Of a stretch of DNA of 64,000 bases, positions 12,723 to 25,445 are shown piece by piece. Source of the DNA: Sminthopsis crassicaudata (lineage: Eukaryota); contig NC_133617.1 in NCBI RefSeq assembly GCF_048593235.1, positions 683,778,958 to 683,842,957 of the forward strand. Direction: 5' to 3'. The stretch's first letter is position 1; every line of letters begins with the position of its first letter. The position numbers were made by a program, and so were the translations under genes. The notes under the pieces are model-generated. The model had not been told where the DNA came from, did not search any database, and saw only the letters and a list, made by a program, of their open reading frames with translations.

Positions 12723-13639
12723 CTCTAAAAAAACTACAAAGCTAGAAAATGCAAAAAATGTATTAACATGCACTGGAGGAGAGTTCCTGTGCCACTGAAA
12801 TCACAGGTACGATTCTTTATCCTTATGGAACTATGGATCTGTATTGCCTTTTCCCTTATATTCAGTAAACCCCTTGAAAGAGACAGCTTTATTTATTTAT
12901 TTTTTTATTTTGTATCTCACAGAAACATGGGAGGAAATTAATAAATACTTGTTAATTGACTGTCGGGGCTACTATGAGCAAATTAGTTTGGAAGCCTTGA
13001 TTTTTTTTTTTTTTTTTACTGTTAGGGATAAATGATTTCAAAATATCTTAAAAGCTGTTGTTACCGACATAAAGACTTCATTAATAAATATATGCCTAGA
13101 AAAGGAAGTATCTAGTCTTAGTGATAAAAGGAGTTAACAGGGATTTTAAGTGTTCCCCTGGTAATCATCATGACAGGTAAAATATCAAGGGGAAAGCTTC
13201 CAAGCACATCTTCTTTGAAGAATCTGAAGGATAGAAGAATCTTTATTGGAGAGAACTCATACAAAGGCTATAATATTAACTGATGACAGAAATATTTTAA
13301 TTCTCTCAATAGTTTTCAACCTGAGGTCCAGGACGTTGGATGGGAAAAACTGCATCTTGATTTTATATACATGCACATACACATACATACAAAAGTAGTT
13401 TTAGAATATGATTACTTTCACAAAATAAGGCCATTGTTAAAACTATTTTTGAAATTTACTTGGAAATTGCCTTTGGAATTACAGGGCATTCTTTAGACTA
13501 ACACCAATTACAGAAATTCTTCATCTTTCTGAGATCTTTTCTAATTTTAAGAAATAATTGAGAGTCTGGTGAATAAGGTAGAAGTTGGAAGTAGGGGTTA
13601 GCTTAGTTCCAAGAAAAAAGTGAAATTGTGAAAAGTCTA

Positions 13640-14075
13640 TTCTAACTACGGAACATGAATATAATGGAGTATTATTATGTTGTTAGAAACTACAAATGTG
13701 AGAATTCAAAGAAATATGAGGAAGATTGATGGGTTGAAGTCAACTTAAGAAAAGAGTATGCACAATGACTGCAAAAATATAAATGGAAAGAATAACAAAA
13801 TGAAGCTAAATGCTGTATGATGATAATGATCAAGCATGAACCTCTGAGAAGAGTTGAAAAAATGCATTTCCTTCATTTTAATGCTAACAAAGGAGCCTAT
13901 GGGTGTGAAATACAGATAAATATATTGTCAGAAGGAGTGAGGGAGGGAGATACAACAGTCTCCTTTTCTTGGGTTTATTTTCCTTCTCAAATCTTTATTC
14001 TAGGCTTGCCAAGCAGAAATGCCATAGTGGTATATTCAGAAATGGATGTGATGCACAAATAAAAGAAGTAAACAA
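13640..14075 (+). mobile_element. Old L1 3' end (ORF2 tail and 3' UTR)
   Basis: atgaatataatggagtattattatgttgttagaaac (MNIMEYYC-like L1 terminus) followed by 3' UTR-like sequence. Confidence 0.65.
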
Positions 14076-15554
14076 AAAAGAAACCTAATATGTGGCAACA
14101 ACGTAATGCTGGTATCAACTGGCTCTGAGAGCAAGTCTCAATCAGGAGTGCCAAGAAACTTTTAAGCAATGATGGCACCATTAAGGTAAGTGATTATCTC
14201 CAAGTGATTACTCTGAAGGGCAATATTTATTGGGGTAGGCAGTACAGAGTCAAAGTATACATTCTGAATTGTTCAAGAATTCCCAGACACTTATGTCCCA
14301 AATCTTGTCCTTTTCTGAGGTGCTTTAATTTTCTTTTCTCTTTTCCACCTATCAAATTTCTACCCCCATTCCACGGCTTCTTACCTCTTCCAGTAAGCCT
14401 TCCTGATCCCTGATCTCAGTAGACTTCTTCCAACCCAGAAATAAATTATCTCTGACATCTCTAAAACTGTGAAATCTTAAGAGTTGAAAGCGAAATCAGA
14501 GTTTATGTAATCCCTAACATGCAATAAAAATTCACTTTAATATAATTCCCTAACAAGTCGTTTCAAATGGTCCTTATTACTAGTTGTGTGACTATTAAGT
14601 CAGTTAACTTGTGTTTGCCTCAGTTTCCAAATATGAAATGGGGATAATCGCAGGGTGTTGTCAGGATCAAATGAGAAAATGATTGTAAAGTGTACAGACA
14701 CTTAATAAATAAATGTTCCTTTCCCTTTTCCACATTCCACTTTGTATTATATTCCTAATTCTCTAGATAGCAAGCTATATATCTCTCCCTATAAGGCCTA
14801 GCACAGTGTCTAACCTAATATATAGTAGATACTCAACAAATAATTCTTGATGAATTTTGTGCCTGTCAAAACATAAATCTCACTAATTTAATTGAATATT
14901 GATTCTAGAAAGCACTCTCACTAGAGGTAGCAAAATGACTTATTTAATTAACTTCTAGAAGGTACTCTACTCTCATTGGAGGTAGCAGAATCACTAATTT
15001 AATTACATGCCTTTTAAAGTTAATATTAAAAATAGTTTGCATGTTCCACACATACACTAATTCTAAGCGTTGAACAGAAAGTTGCTCAATAGCAAGTGAA
15101 AACTCATCCCAAGCTAGAAATCTGTCATGGGTAATCCACAAAGTGAGACGGGAGCATGACTGGGTGGATAAAAAGCTGACCCTGATGTTAAGAAGTCCCC
15201 GGTATTCTATCTCCTGTGCCACCAAACTGTGCTATTTCTCTTGTTCGTGATAATGACTTAGATCACTTTAGGCAGAATAGAGTTAAGATGAGAAGATCTC
15301 AAGAGTTCCTGATCCAGGTGTAAATCCTAAATTCTATGAGTTTGTGCTCCTGTGGGCTGACTAATAACCAAAAACTAGTATGGGAAGCCCTGAATTCACA
15401 AACAGGTCCAGCAATCCTTTTAGTCTGACTGACTGATTGGCACCCGATGAATTTTTACCTCCAATTTACCGAAATGTGAGGTCTTAAGTACTGACTTAAT
15501 AATTCATGTACTGAAAAAGATTTGTTAAACAATAACTTGGTTTATGACTGGTAC

Positions 15555-16270
15555 TTAAATGCAGATGACTCTTAAATCTTTAACTTCAGCCCCAATTCCT
15601 TCTCCTGAGTTTCAGAGTCATGTTTCCAACAACCTGCTAGATGTCCTGTCAGCACCTCAAACTCAATGTATTTAAAACCTGCCCCAACTCATCCTCTTTT
15701 CTAAGGACGACTCTTATTACTTATTGCCTGTATCTGTTGGCAGCTCCACAATTCTCCTTGTCAACCAACCCATGCTTGTAATCTCAGTCATTTTTGACTA
15801 CGCCCTCATAACAAGTCACTCACAAAGTCTTGTCCATTCTCTCTCCACAATTATCTCTTGCACCTGTCCTCTCTTTATCCCTGTGTCTGAGTCTTTTCCA
15901 TTCTCAGATCCCAAATAAAAATGGTTGCCAGAATAATCTACATACACTTCTACTTTGATCAGGTCAGCTCATTGTTGCTTTAGTGCTTACCCCCATAAGA
16001 TCTTCACATTTTAGCCTTATAATCAAGTCCTCTTCCTTCCCAATTCTTCTGTTGTGCCATTTTGTTCCCATCAGTCTTCCTAGTCTTATAGTAATAGCTC
16101 GGAAATCCTTTATGATCTAGCCTAATATTGGCTCACTATCCCGCCCTTATGTGTATCCTTGTGCTATTCTCTTCATATTAAAACCCTACTTCATCAAACT
16201 TTTGGTATCCTTCCTCATGCTCAATATCCCAATTTAAATGCTACTTCTCATATTAAACCTTCATGTTTCT
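15555..16270 (+). mobile_element. L2 LINE fragment (RT to 3' region)
   Basis: aatgcagatgactc (ADD catalytic-motif remnant) followed by ttccaacaacctgctagatgtc...cacctcaaactcaatgt, typical of L2. Confidence 0.75.
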
Positions 16271-16939
16271 CAAATCAAAAATGTAGTCTCTTGTTCTAAA
16301 CTCTCATCAGATAAAGGAAGAATAAATGTATTAGACTGTTGTATATATTGTCAAATTCATCTATACTGCTAAAAAATAAAGGAATGTTAAAGGGAGGCTA
16401 TTTTGAGAATCAAGTATATTTACATAAGTTATAAATAAACATTTTGATAAAGTGATTGGAATGGAAAAAACATTATGACTTAGTATATCATAGAAAACTC
16501 TTTGACATAAATATTCCATCTCTAGTGAAAATAAATTTAAATGGACTGTTCTTGAAGATCCATCACGATCGCTTTTAACATGATTCTGTAACTTCTATAA
16601 CATCAGAAATAAAATCTGTTTCTGCTCAGCAAAAAAGCCACACAGTTTTAGTCTATTTTTAGTAACTCAACATTGGGGCTAGTAAAACAGTAGATGGCTA
16701 AAACCAGACTTTTAAAAACTGCTTTCTTAAAGTTCAAACAAATTTCCTATTTATATTAATTTGCCAAAATTTAAATTTATTTAAATACTGAAATCAGGTA
16801 TTATATAAAAGCAAAAGATGGAATGATTTAATAATCATTTATTTTAAATATAAGAAATATAAATTTTAAGTTTTTTGTTGTGATGTTGCATTGATGAGGC
16901 AAGTAAAAATCCAAAGCCAATATGAGAAGCTCTGTTTGA

Positions 16940-17310
16940 CATTTTAAAGACCTCTGCAGCCAACATGGCTCCTTCCTATTGATACACTCTGCAATCTAGC
17001 TACACTAGCCTATTAGCTTGATTTCCAGCGTGACACTTCATTTCCTGACCCTGTGTCTTTTCCTAGACTGTAATTTATGCCTGGAATCCTCTTCCATCTT
17101 TCTCAGTTATTTACCACACCACCCTTAGTGCCTTTCCTTTAAATTTTCTTCCCTTTACTCTGTATAGATAGTGTAAGTTTCTCCTCTCAGGAGAAAGTAA
17201 GCTCCTTGAGGGCAGAAATCATATTTTTGTTTTTCTTTTTTTATCTTTCAGTCCTTAGCACAGTATCTGGAACACAGTAAATGCAAAATGAGTGCTTTTG
17301 ATTAACTGTA
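16940..17310 (+). mobile_element. L2 3' end
   Basis: gtaagctccttgagggcagaaatc...ccttagcacagtatctggaacacagtaaatgc is the typical L2 3' terminus. Confidence 0.75.
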
Positions 17311-20300
17311 GGTTAATGGGAAAATATGGCTAAGAATCACAGAAGAAAAGGTAAGGAAGAGTCATTAATCTTCATTTCTAGAGAAGGTATTTGTACTAAT
17401 TAAGGTGCAGATGCATCAATCAAAACATGTGGTTGATGAAAATCCTATAAAAATACTTCAATATTGTATTTTAAGGTTACTATATATGTAGGAGAATAGC
17501 ACGTTAGAGCTAGCTGCTCCACAGAAACAATAAATCAGGACTTGAGATGTTAAGCAAAGATAGTGGACTCAATAACATATACACGAATGACACTCAAATA
17601 CCACCAAACTCAGATTGAACTGACTGATGCCAGATAAAGGAAGAAGAAACATATCAGACTGTTGTATACATTGTCAAATTCAGCTAGGGAAAAAAAGGAA
17701 TATTAAAGAGAGACTATTCTGAGAATCAAGTATAATATTTATATAGGTTATAAATACTTTATAAATAAAATATAAATATATTTAGTATTAAAATATGAAA
17801 ATATAAAGTATATATTTGAGTATAAAATATAAATATTATAAATAAAAGATATTTCAAAAAATCTGAAGGGTGAACATAAAACAAACAAACAAAAAGTAGT
17901 TTGGTATTCTGTAAAAAATGTTAGAATTCAAAATTGGATAGCCAGGCTCCAAATCATGACTCTGATATTCCCTCAGTGTGTGACTGTGGGCAAGCTGACA
18001 CCTCTTTGGGTCACAATTTCTTCATATTTAAAATGATAACAAAAAGACATAATATCAATATCATGGGGTAAGTATCCAATGAGATGACATTTTATAAAAT
18101 ATTTCAGAAAGCTTGAAGTGCTCTATAAATCATAGTTATTATTTACAAGAATAGTATCTGAAGTCTTGTCCACAACGACAAATATTTTAGAATAGGAATG
18201 AGTCTTAGTAGATAAAATTCATATTCCTATATCCTGCTTTCCCTGCTATTAATTATTTGTAAGACTAGACTACCTGATTTCAATATTTGGATAAAATACC
18301 TTAAATTTATGAAGAAAACCCCCCCACAAAAACAACAAAAAATGGTCTCTTCCTTACCCTTGATATATGGCCACAAATGATTAAAAAGGGGGGAAAATGC
18401 TTGGAGCACTTTTTTTTTTCTCCAGGAACTAGTGAAACAAAAACATAATACACTCTAATCACAGAATGCTAGAGATGGAAGAGACAGTAAGTAATTAGTC
18501 TTGCCCCCTGATTTAACAGAAAAAGAGAACAGAGCCCATTAAGAGACTCTGCTCAGATAGAAATGGTGGAGAAGTATCTTGCTTGGGATTTGACAGATGA
18601 GGAAAAATGAGACCCTGAGAGAATAAAGATCCTTCTTCCATATTAAAGAGTAAGTTAGAAGCAAAATAGGACTAGAACCAGGCTTTCTCACATTTTGTCC
18701 ACTGGTCTTCCTGCTACACCATATTGCTTTTTCTATGCCAAAATTTTCTCTTTAAAAATTCTAAAAACAGATTGAAATATTTAAATTGTAATTCTTACAC
18801 ATACACACAATGTGCTGCATTTAAAACAATAAAAACAATTCCATATTTCCAACAAGACAAATTAAAATCCATCAGTTTTCGGTGATTGAACCAGTAAATA
18901 ATTAAGCACACTATAATTATCTATCAGCCTTCACCAGTTCAAAAATGTTTGTTTTAAGGTATGGCTAAACAGGTCGCAATGGGCTTGGACACTTGACTCA
19001 TTTGTCTTTGACACAGCACAGCCTGTCTGTCATTTGGGGGGGGGGTGCAGAATGCAGCTGTGCAGCTTCCCCCCTGAGCTAATTCAAGCATGGGCACGCC
19101 CTCATTTCAGGCCTGAGACAGTTACAAAGGAGGTTTGTTCCCCTCTGTGCCTCTCTGGCAGAAAGACTTCATTCATTTCCCAAAAACAATAAAGTTTTGT
19201 GAGTTGTACATGAAAGCTTTCTCAACAATCAATTCTCAATTACCCACACGTGGATTATCCGCACTCTGAATTATCAGGAATCATTAAAAAAAAATCCTCA
19301 GTTACTCAGATTGCTTCTGGATCATCTCAACTATAACATAAAGGGTTGGAGAGAATAATAAGTATCTCCTCAATTAGTCATTTTTATTTGACTTTAATCA
19401 TTCTCAATGCACCTACCCACAATTCAATGAATACTGAATTATCTCTTAGAAGAAAGAAAATTTTAAGTAAAATTCAGAAAACAAATCAACTGACATGTGT
19501 GAGAGAATGCAAACTTGTTTTAATATTAATCTTCAGTAAGATTTAAAATAAATTTGATGCTAAAATTTAGGTTATGCTATAAAGTTTAGTGAAAATGCTC
19601 TTTTATCTGTTTTGTTGGGGTATTTTTGGAGGTGAGAAAGATCCTCAGTTATTCTTTAGTGTGGACAGCTAAGATTTTTCTGTGTGATCTAAGCTAACTT
19701 TGAGAATTTCACTTAGTAGTGTTATTGTAATGCTTTTAATTTATGAGCATCTCATACACACATTTTTGAGCTTCTTAGTTTAGAATGCATTATTCAGTGT
19801 CAAAGGTAATAGAGAACAAAGAAATTATCTAATCCAGTAAATACAATAGTGAAATGCTATCAGCCTCTGATTAACTGCAATGATCAATCTTGTTCACAAG
19901 GAAAAGAGAGGGAAATATACTTCCTACTTTAGACAGAGAAGAGGGAAGAGACCCATTATGAAAATGTATATTCTACATGTATATACACATAGATATATAA
20001 TATTTGTATGCATAAATACACTGTACAAATTTCTTGTCTAAATACATATGTATACAAATATGTTTAAATAAATACATATGCATGTCTACACACATAAATA
20101 TATATGTATTTATTTCCTCTTTCTGGTAGCTACTTTATTGGATGAGTTTTGTTTAATCAACCATAAACCATTTATTAATGACTATTTGCATTGGAGATTA
20201 TTAAATATTTCTTAATTAGTAAATCTGTAAACTAAGAAATGCTTAGTAACATCTGAGAGAACAGTTTCAGTCGATTAGAAACCATAATTGCAAGGAGATG

Positions 20301-22286
20301 AGAAGCGAGTGGGATATAAGGAATACAAACTTTTTCTAGGAGTTTGGCTATGAATGTAGGGAGAGAAAACAATTATTTGAAGACAAAAGATCACATGAAG
20401 GCTTTTGTTGTTAAAAGATGAGGAGATGTAGGTATTTTTCACATAGGGTATAAAGAACCAGTGGATCAGAATCCTATTTTCTATAAATATTTCAAGAGAG
20501 TCTGCCTAATATACAGGGTAGCTTCATTTAAGTTTTCCCAAGTACAGTATATGGTTCATGAGAATGATTTATTCTAATGACAATAAAGATGGCTCAAGCA
20601 GGCCTGTGGGTACTTAGAACTCAGCAAGACATTAAATATTCCAAGATCAGCCACTATACCCTGGGCCCTCACCACTTGTCCTGACCTTTGTGTTGTCACT
20701 AGACTGATAATTCTGGAAAAGAGGCTGTGGTTTAATTGTTTTGAGTTTAACCAAGTCATGTCTAAGTCAAGTTATCACTCATATTGTGATGCTATGAATA
20801 CATGAATACAAAGTACAAACAACAACTTGCTTTGGGCATAAACTCAAAAGGTGCAAAAACCCAGTTTTTGCCCCCATGAGCTTACATTCTAATTGGGAGA
20901 TAAGAGGTACCTAAGTAGGTCCATCCATAATACATAAGAGTAGATATAAATCTTCCTTTGTTACAATGGAAGACAAAAGGGATTAGAAGTAATATTGACA
21001 AATAATTTACACTTAAGAATGACAGGAGCTGGCTACTTCATTTTTGGTCTTGTATCTCAGTTTTCTCTAATGTAAAAATGTAAAAGTTGGGCTAACTGTG
21101 CTTTATGATAGCTTCTAATTCTAAAGCTTTTATCTCCAACAAACTGTAGAATGTCCAGCCCAAACCAGATGCTTAATAATCTTTGTTGTGTGATAGATAT
21201 AAAAGAGAAAAGAAAAAAAATGTAGACAAATATTATGACTGAGGGTGGAGGAAGACATTATCCAATTCTTCATTTGACAGAAATGAGAAAAATGAGACCC
21301 AGAAGTGAAATGAGTTGTTAGCCCGGAGGACTCAAAATAGGGATGGGAAAAAATCCAGTAGAGTTCTTCCCACTGAGTCCCGTGGACAATTCTGATAAAC
21401 TGCTGAGGAAACAAAAATGATATTTCAAGGAAGTTACAAAGTCCTGGCAGCTAAGTGAGGGAACTTCAGAAACTCTCTGGGGCATCAATTAGTACTTATA
21501 AATATTTATCTAAACAGTCATTAATGGTTACTTGGCTAAAGTGAATTTGGTTAAATTCTAATGAGGATTGATAATTGAATCCTCTGAAAGTGTTCTGAAG
21601 ATTGATGTTAAAGAGGTAAGACTTCATAATATATTACAGTACCATACTAATGAAGTTTCTGAAATATTCACATCTCAATGACAAGCCTCAATTAAATAAG
21701 AAATAATTATTTGGCAGATTATAGTTTATGATTATGTTTAATGGCAGATGAATTAGGTGAGAACAATAAAAATACTAAACTATACAAACAGACTAGAAGT
21801 CTCATCCCCTTCGATATTTTTTCCAATGATATTTATTGAAGTTCAACTCATGTTTGCCCATCCTGTTTGACTCTTGTCTAAAACAACAATGTAAAAACTC
21901 ACATTTAAGTGCTTTAAATTTTACAAAGTGAGGGCAAGGCTTTCTTTGACCCTTTTTTGAGGGGGGGATATCAACTCAGCATCTGACACATAATTGGTAT
22001 TTAATAAATTCTGTTGCCTTGACAGCTCATTTGATGTTCTGCCAACAACCCTGTCCAGCAGATATCATTACAATCCCCAATTTTTAGATGAGAAAATGAA
22101 AATTTATAGAGGTTAAGTAACTTGGCCAGCATCTCAGTTCATGTCCACTGCTTTTTCTCTGTTTAAGTTTCTTAAATACACATACAAATGAATGCATACG
22201 TTTGGATCTCTAATTTCAACAGCATGGATAATTATATGAGTAGAAATTCTCTTGTTTCCCTAAAAGAATTCTATTTCTTAACCTCA

Positions 22287-22305
22287 CAGCACCATCTAGT
22301 GTCCT
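22287..22305 (-). promoter_or_regulatory. Candidate CTCF-binding motif
   Basis: Minus strand AGGACACTAGATGGTGCTG compared by eye with consensus TGGCCASYAGRKGGCRCTR. The core CACTAGATGG is intact. Confidence 0.45.
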
Positions 22306-24344
22306 TTGGATTATAAATGATGGTTGAAAATGGACATTGGAATAATTTAAGAAATTAAATGAACATCTTAAGGAAATTCTTTTTAAATTTTTTAAAGATT
22401 TTAAAAACATGGTTTCTCATAAGTTAATTCCATGGTATTAATTCTTTACAGACCCAATTTACTGTCTGAGCCAAACAACATATTAATTGTTCTTCTCTTA
22501 ATCCTGATTTCAAGCCTTTTAAAAAAATTCACATAGTATTCTATAGAATAATAATAGGCTGTTGAGTTTTTTAAAGGATTGTTTTAATCTTGTTATGCTA
22601 CATTGTGATGATTTGTACAGGCAATAGAAATATGCCCTTCAATGAGAAACTACATAACAAAAGTCACCAAAAATACTGGCTCAAGAGCTCAAATTCTTAC
22701 AAAAGTCTATCTTGAGAAGTAATTGAAAGGTGCAGGCAGCTAAAATTTGGGACAATAGAGCTTACTATTCTATTACTTTTTGTTAAGAACCAAATATTTC
22801 TGTGCTTTATATAATGCAGAAATTCTTAATATCCAGTAAGTAAATTGTATTTGCTGTAAATATTCAGAATAAAATGATGAGCTAAAAATAGTGGGGCCAG
22901 GGCTTCCTTTAAAAAAATAAAGAAAATTATTCTTATTCATGATATTTCAAAAATTATTAGGCCAATTAAAAATACTCAAATAAAAACAAAAATAAGTCAT
23001 AAAAATTTCATCTGATCTTTTTTTTTTTTTTTTTGCTTTGGGTATTTACCAATCAAAAACATTATTTTCAAAATCACAAAGCATTAGGGATTGAAAGGAT
23101 TTATCTCAGTGCCTGGTACATAATAGACCCTTAATAAATGTTAACTTTTTGATTTATATAAGTGGTTTCTAATTCAATCTGTATCTGAAATAGAATTCTC
23201 TATATAATTGTACCTGTCCTGGCAAATGATCATCCAGGTTTTGTTAAAGGCCCCCAATGAAGGGGGTGTCTCTCAAAATAGCCTATTAAAATTTTCAATC
23301 ATAAAATATTTATTTTTTCCACCCATTATACTTTTAGAAACAATCATTGTTATGTGGGTCTACTTAATACATAAGTCTACATAAGTTTTGTGCCTCTTTT
23401 ATATCCCAGTATTTCAAATACTTAAAAGGTCACAACAATGAATTAATGAAAATCAAGTCAATTATCTATAATTATAGAATTTGGAAAAAGGAACCAGGAT
23501 GGTTTTCCCATCCAAAGCACAAACATACAATCACAAGTGTCTAATACCCATTTTGGTTAATTAATTATGTATGGGTATGTGTGTATATTTACATATTTAT
23601 ATGCATATGCACACACACAGAGAAAGAGCCCTTGTTTTCCAAAACCTTTAAAACCTTTAAATAAAAAAAATGTAATAAAACCATGAAAATCATATCAAAA
23701 GGCAGTGCAGCATGTGATATTAAAAATACCAACTATAAAAAATACAAAGGCTGCATAGCTCTAGAAGAAGATAAATCATCTCAAGACAAGGACCACAATC
23801 ATTATACTTCTTGTTGATTACTCATACTACTTTGGCCATGTCATCAAGATGTGGCTTGTCTACATTTATTCGTATGTTGTCTTGTATGTGGGCTTTCTGT
23901 GCTTAGGCATTTCCTTTAGCTTCTTAATCCAAATACTTGACTATGACTACTTTCAAACATATTCCCCCCAAATTCCTTCCTTTATGAAGCCCACACATAT
24001 GTTAGTGCATTTTATTGTTTTGTTGAGAGTAGGGGCAAATATGTCATACTTTTTCAACATGGCTTATTAATCTCCAAGAAGCTACTGGCACTCCATCAAT
24101 GTTGTTCAATTTAAAGTTCCTACTGTCTATACAACATTATGCTAAGCACTAGGCTGGATGGTATCATTCACCTATACCAAAGTATAGATACTTTCAAATA
24201 ATACACATCCAAGTATCAGTAATACAAATTAACCCTGAAGCATTTGTTTGTAGTTATAACTCTGAAAGAGTTAGTTTACAGATTATAAGTCTTATAAATG
24301 TACCACCACTACTGGTGATTTAAAACTAGCTAACTGAGCTCTCT

Positions 24345-24596
24345 GGGCAGCCAGGTAGTAGCACAGTGAACAGAATGCTGGGCTGGAGTCAGGAAGACTT
24401 ATCTTTCTAAATTCAAATCTCAGTCCTCAGACATTTATTAACTGTATGACCCTAGGAAAGTCACTTAACTCTGTTTGCCTCGTTTTTCTCATATGTAAAA
24501 TGAGCTGGAGAAGAAAATGGCAAAAGACTCCACTATTTTTCCCCCAAATGGAGTCATGAAGAGTCAGACATGATTGAAAAATTACTAAATAACAAC
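24345..24596 (+). mobile_element. MAR1-like marsupial CORE-SINE, near full length
   Basis: tRNA-like head, CORE (tgaccctaggaaagtcacttaactctgtttgcctc) and RTE/Bov-A-like tail (ctggagaagaaaatggcaaa...gaagagtcagacatgattgaa...aacaac). Confidence 0.85.
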
Positions 24597-24989
24597 TTGA
24601 GCTCCATTGAATCAAAACAAAAAACATCATTTATCAGTTGTTCAAAAGAGGTGCACTGAAACCTAATCTATAACTCTATTCATAACCAAAACTCAAGAGC
24701 GTTGTATTCCAGAAACAAATTCTCTCTTTGCCTGAGTAATGTAGCATTTTACATTATGTCACAAGTTCTGACTTTCAGGGGTGCATTAGAAAATGAGGTC
24801 ATGGATTAGGAGAAGGGATTTCACTGAGAGTTCATTAATATCACTAAAGAAACTACCTGTGATGTCCCCTATTCAGGTGTAAAACATATACTGGGGAAAT
24901 CTTGACAAGGAAATGTCTTGGTATCAGGTGTGGTACCAGCAAGAGAGCTGTATGATAGGGTTCACCTATAAAGGGACTTACAATCAACT

Positions 24990-25445
24990 ATCTTCTCTAT
25001 TACCGCCAGGATCAAATATAAAATCCTCTGTTTGTCTTTTAAAGCTATTCACAACCTAGTTCCTTCCTACTTTTTCAGTCTTTTTATACTTTACTCCCAA
25101 AACCATGTCCCATAATTCAGCCACACTGGCCACCTCATTGTGCTTTGAACACAACACTCCATCTGTGGATTCCCAACCCTTGGTTTTGTGAATGGCCATT
25201 CTCTATACCTTGAAACATCTTCCTCCTTTCCCTCCTGGCTGCTTTTAAAATTCAGTTTGAATTTCACCTTCTACCCCTAGCATCTTCCATATGAGATATT
25301 TTTATCTAAATTTAGCCTGTACATATCATCTATGTACGTAGTTATTTGCATTGGTCGTCTCCCATCAGAATATAAGATCACTGAGGGCAGGCACCATATT
25401 TTTACCTTTTTTTGTATATGTATTACTTGGTACATGATGATACAT
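24990..25445 (+). mobile_element. L2 3' region
   Basis: caggatcaaatataaaatcctctgtttgtcttttaaagctattcacaacctag...gagggcaggcaccata. Confidence 0.75.
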
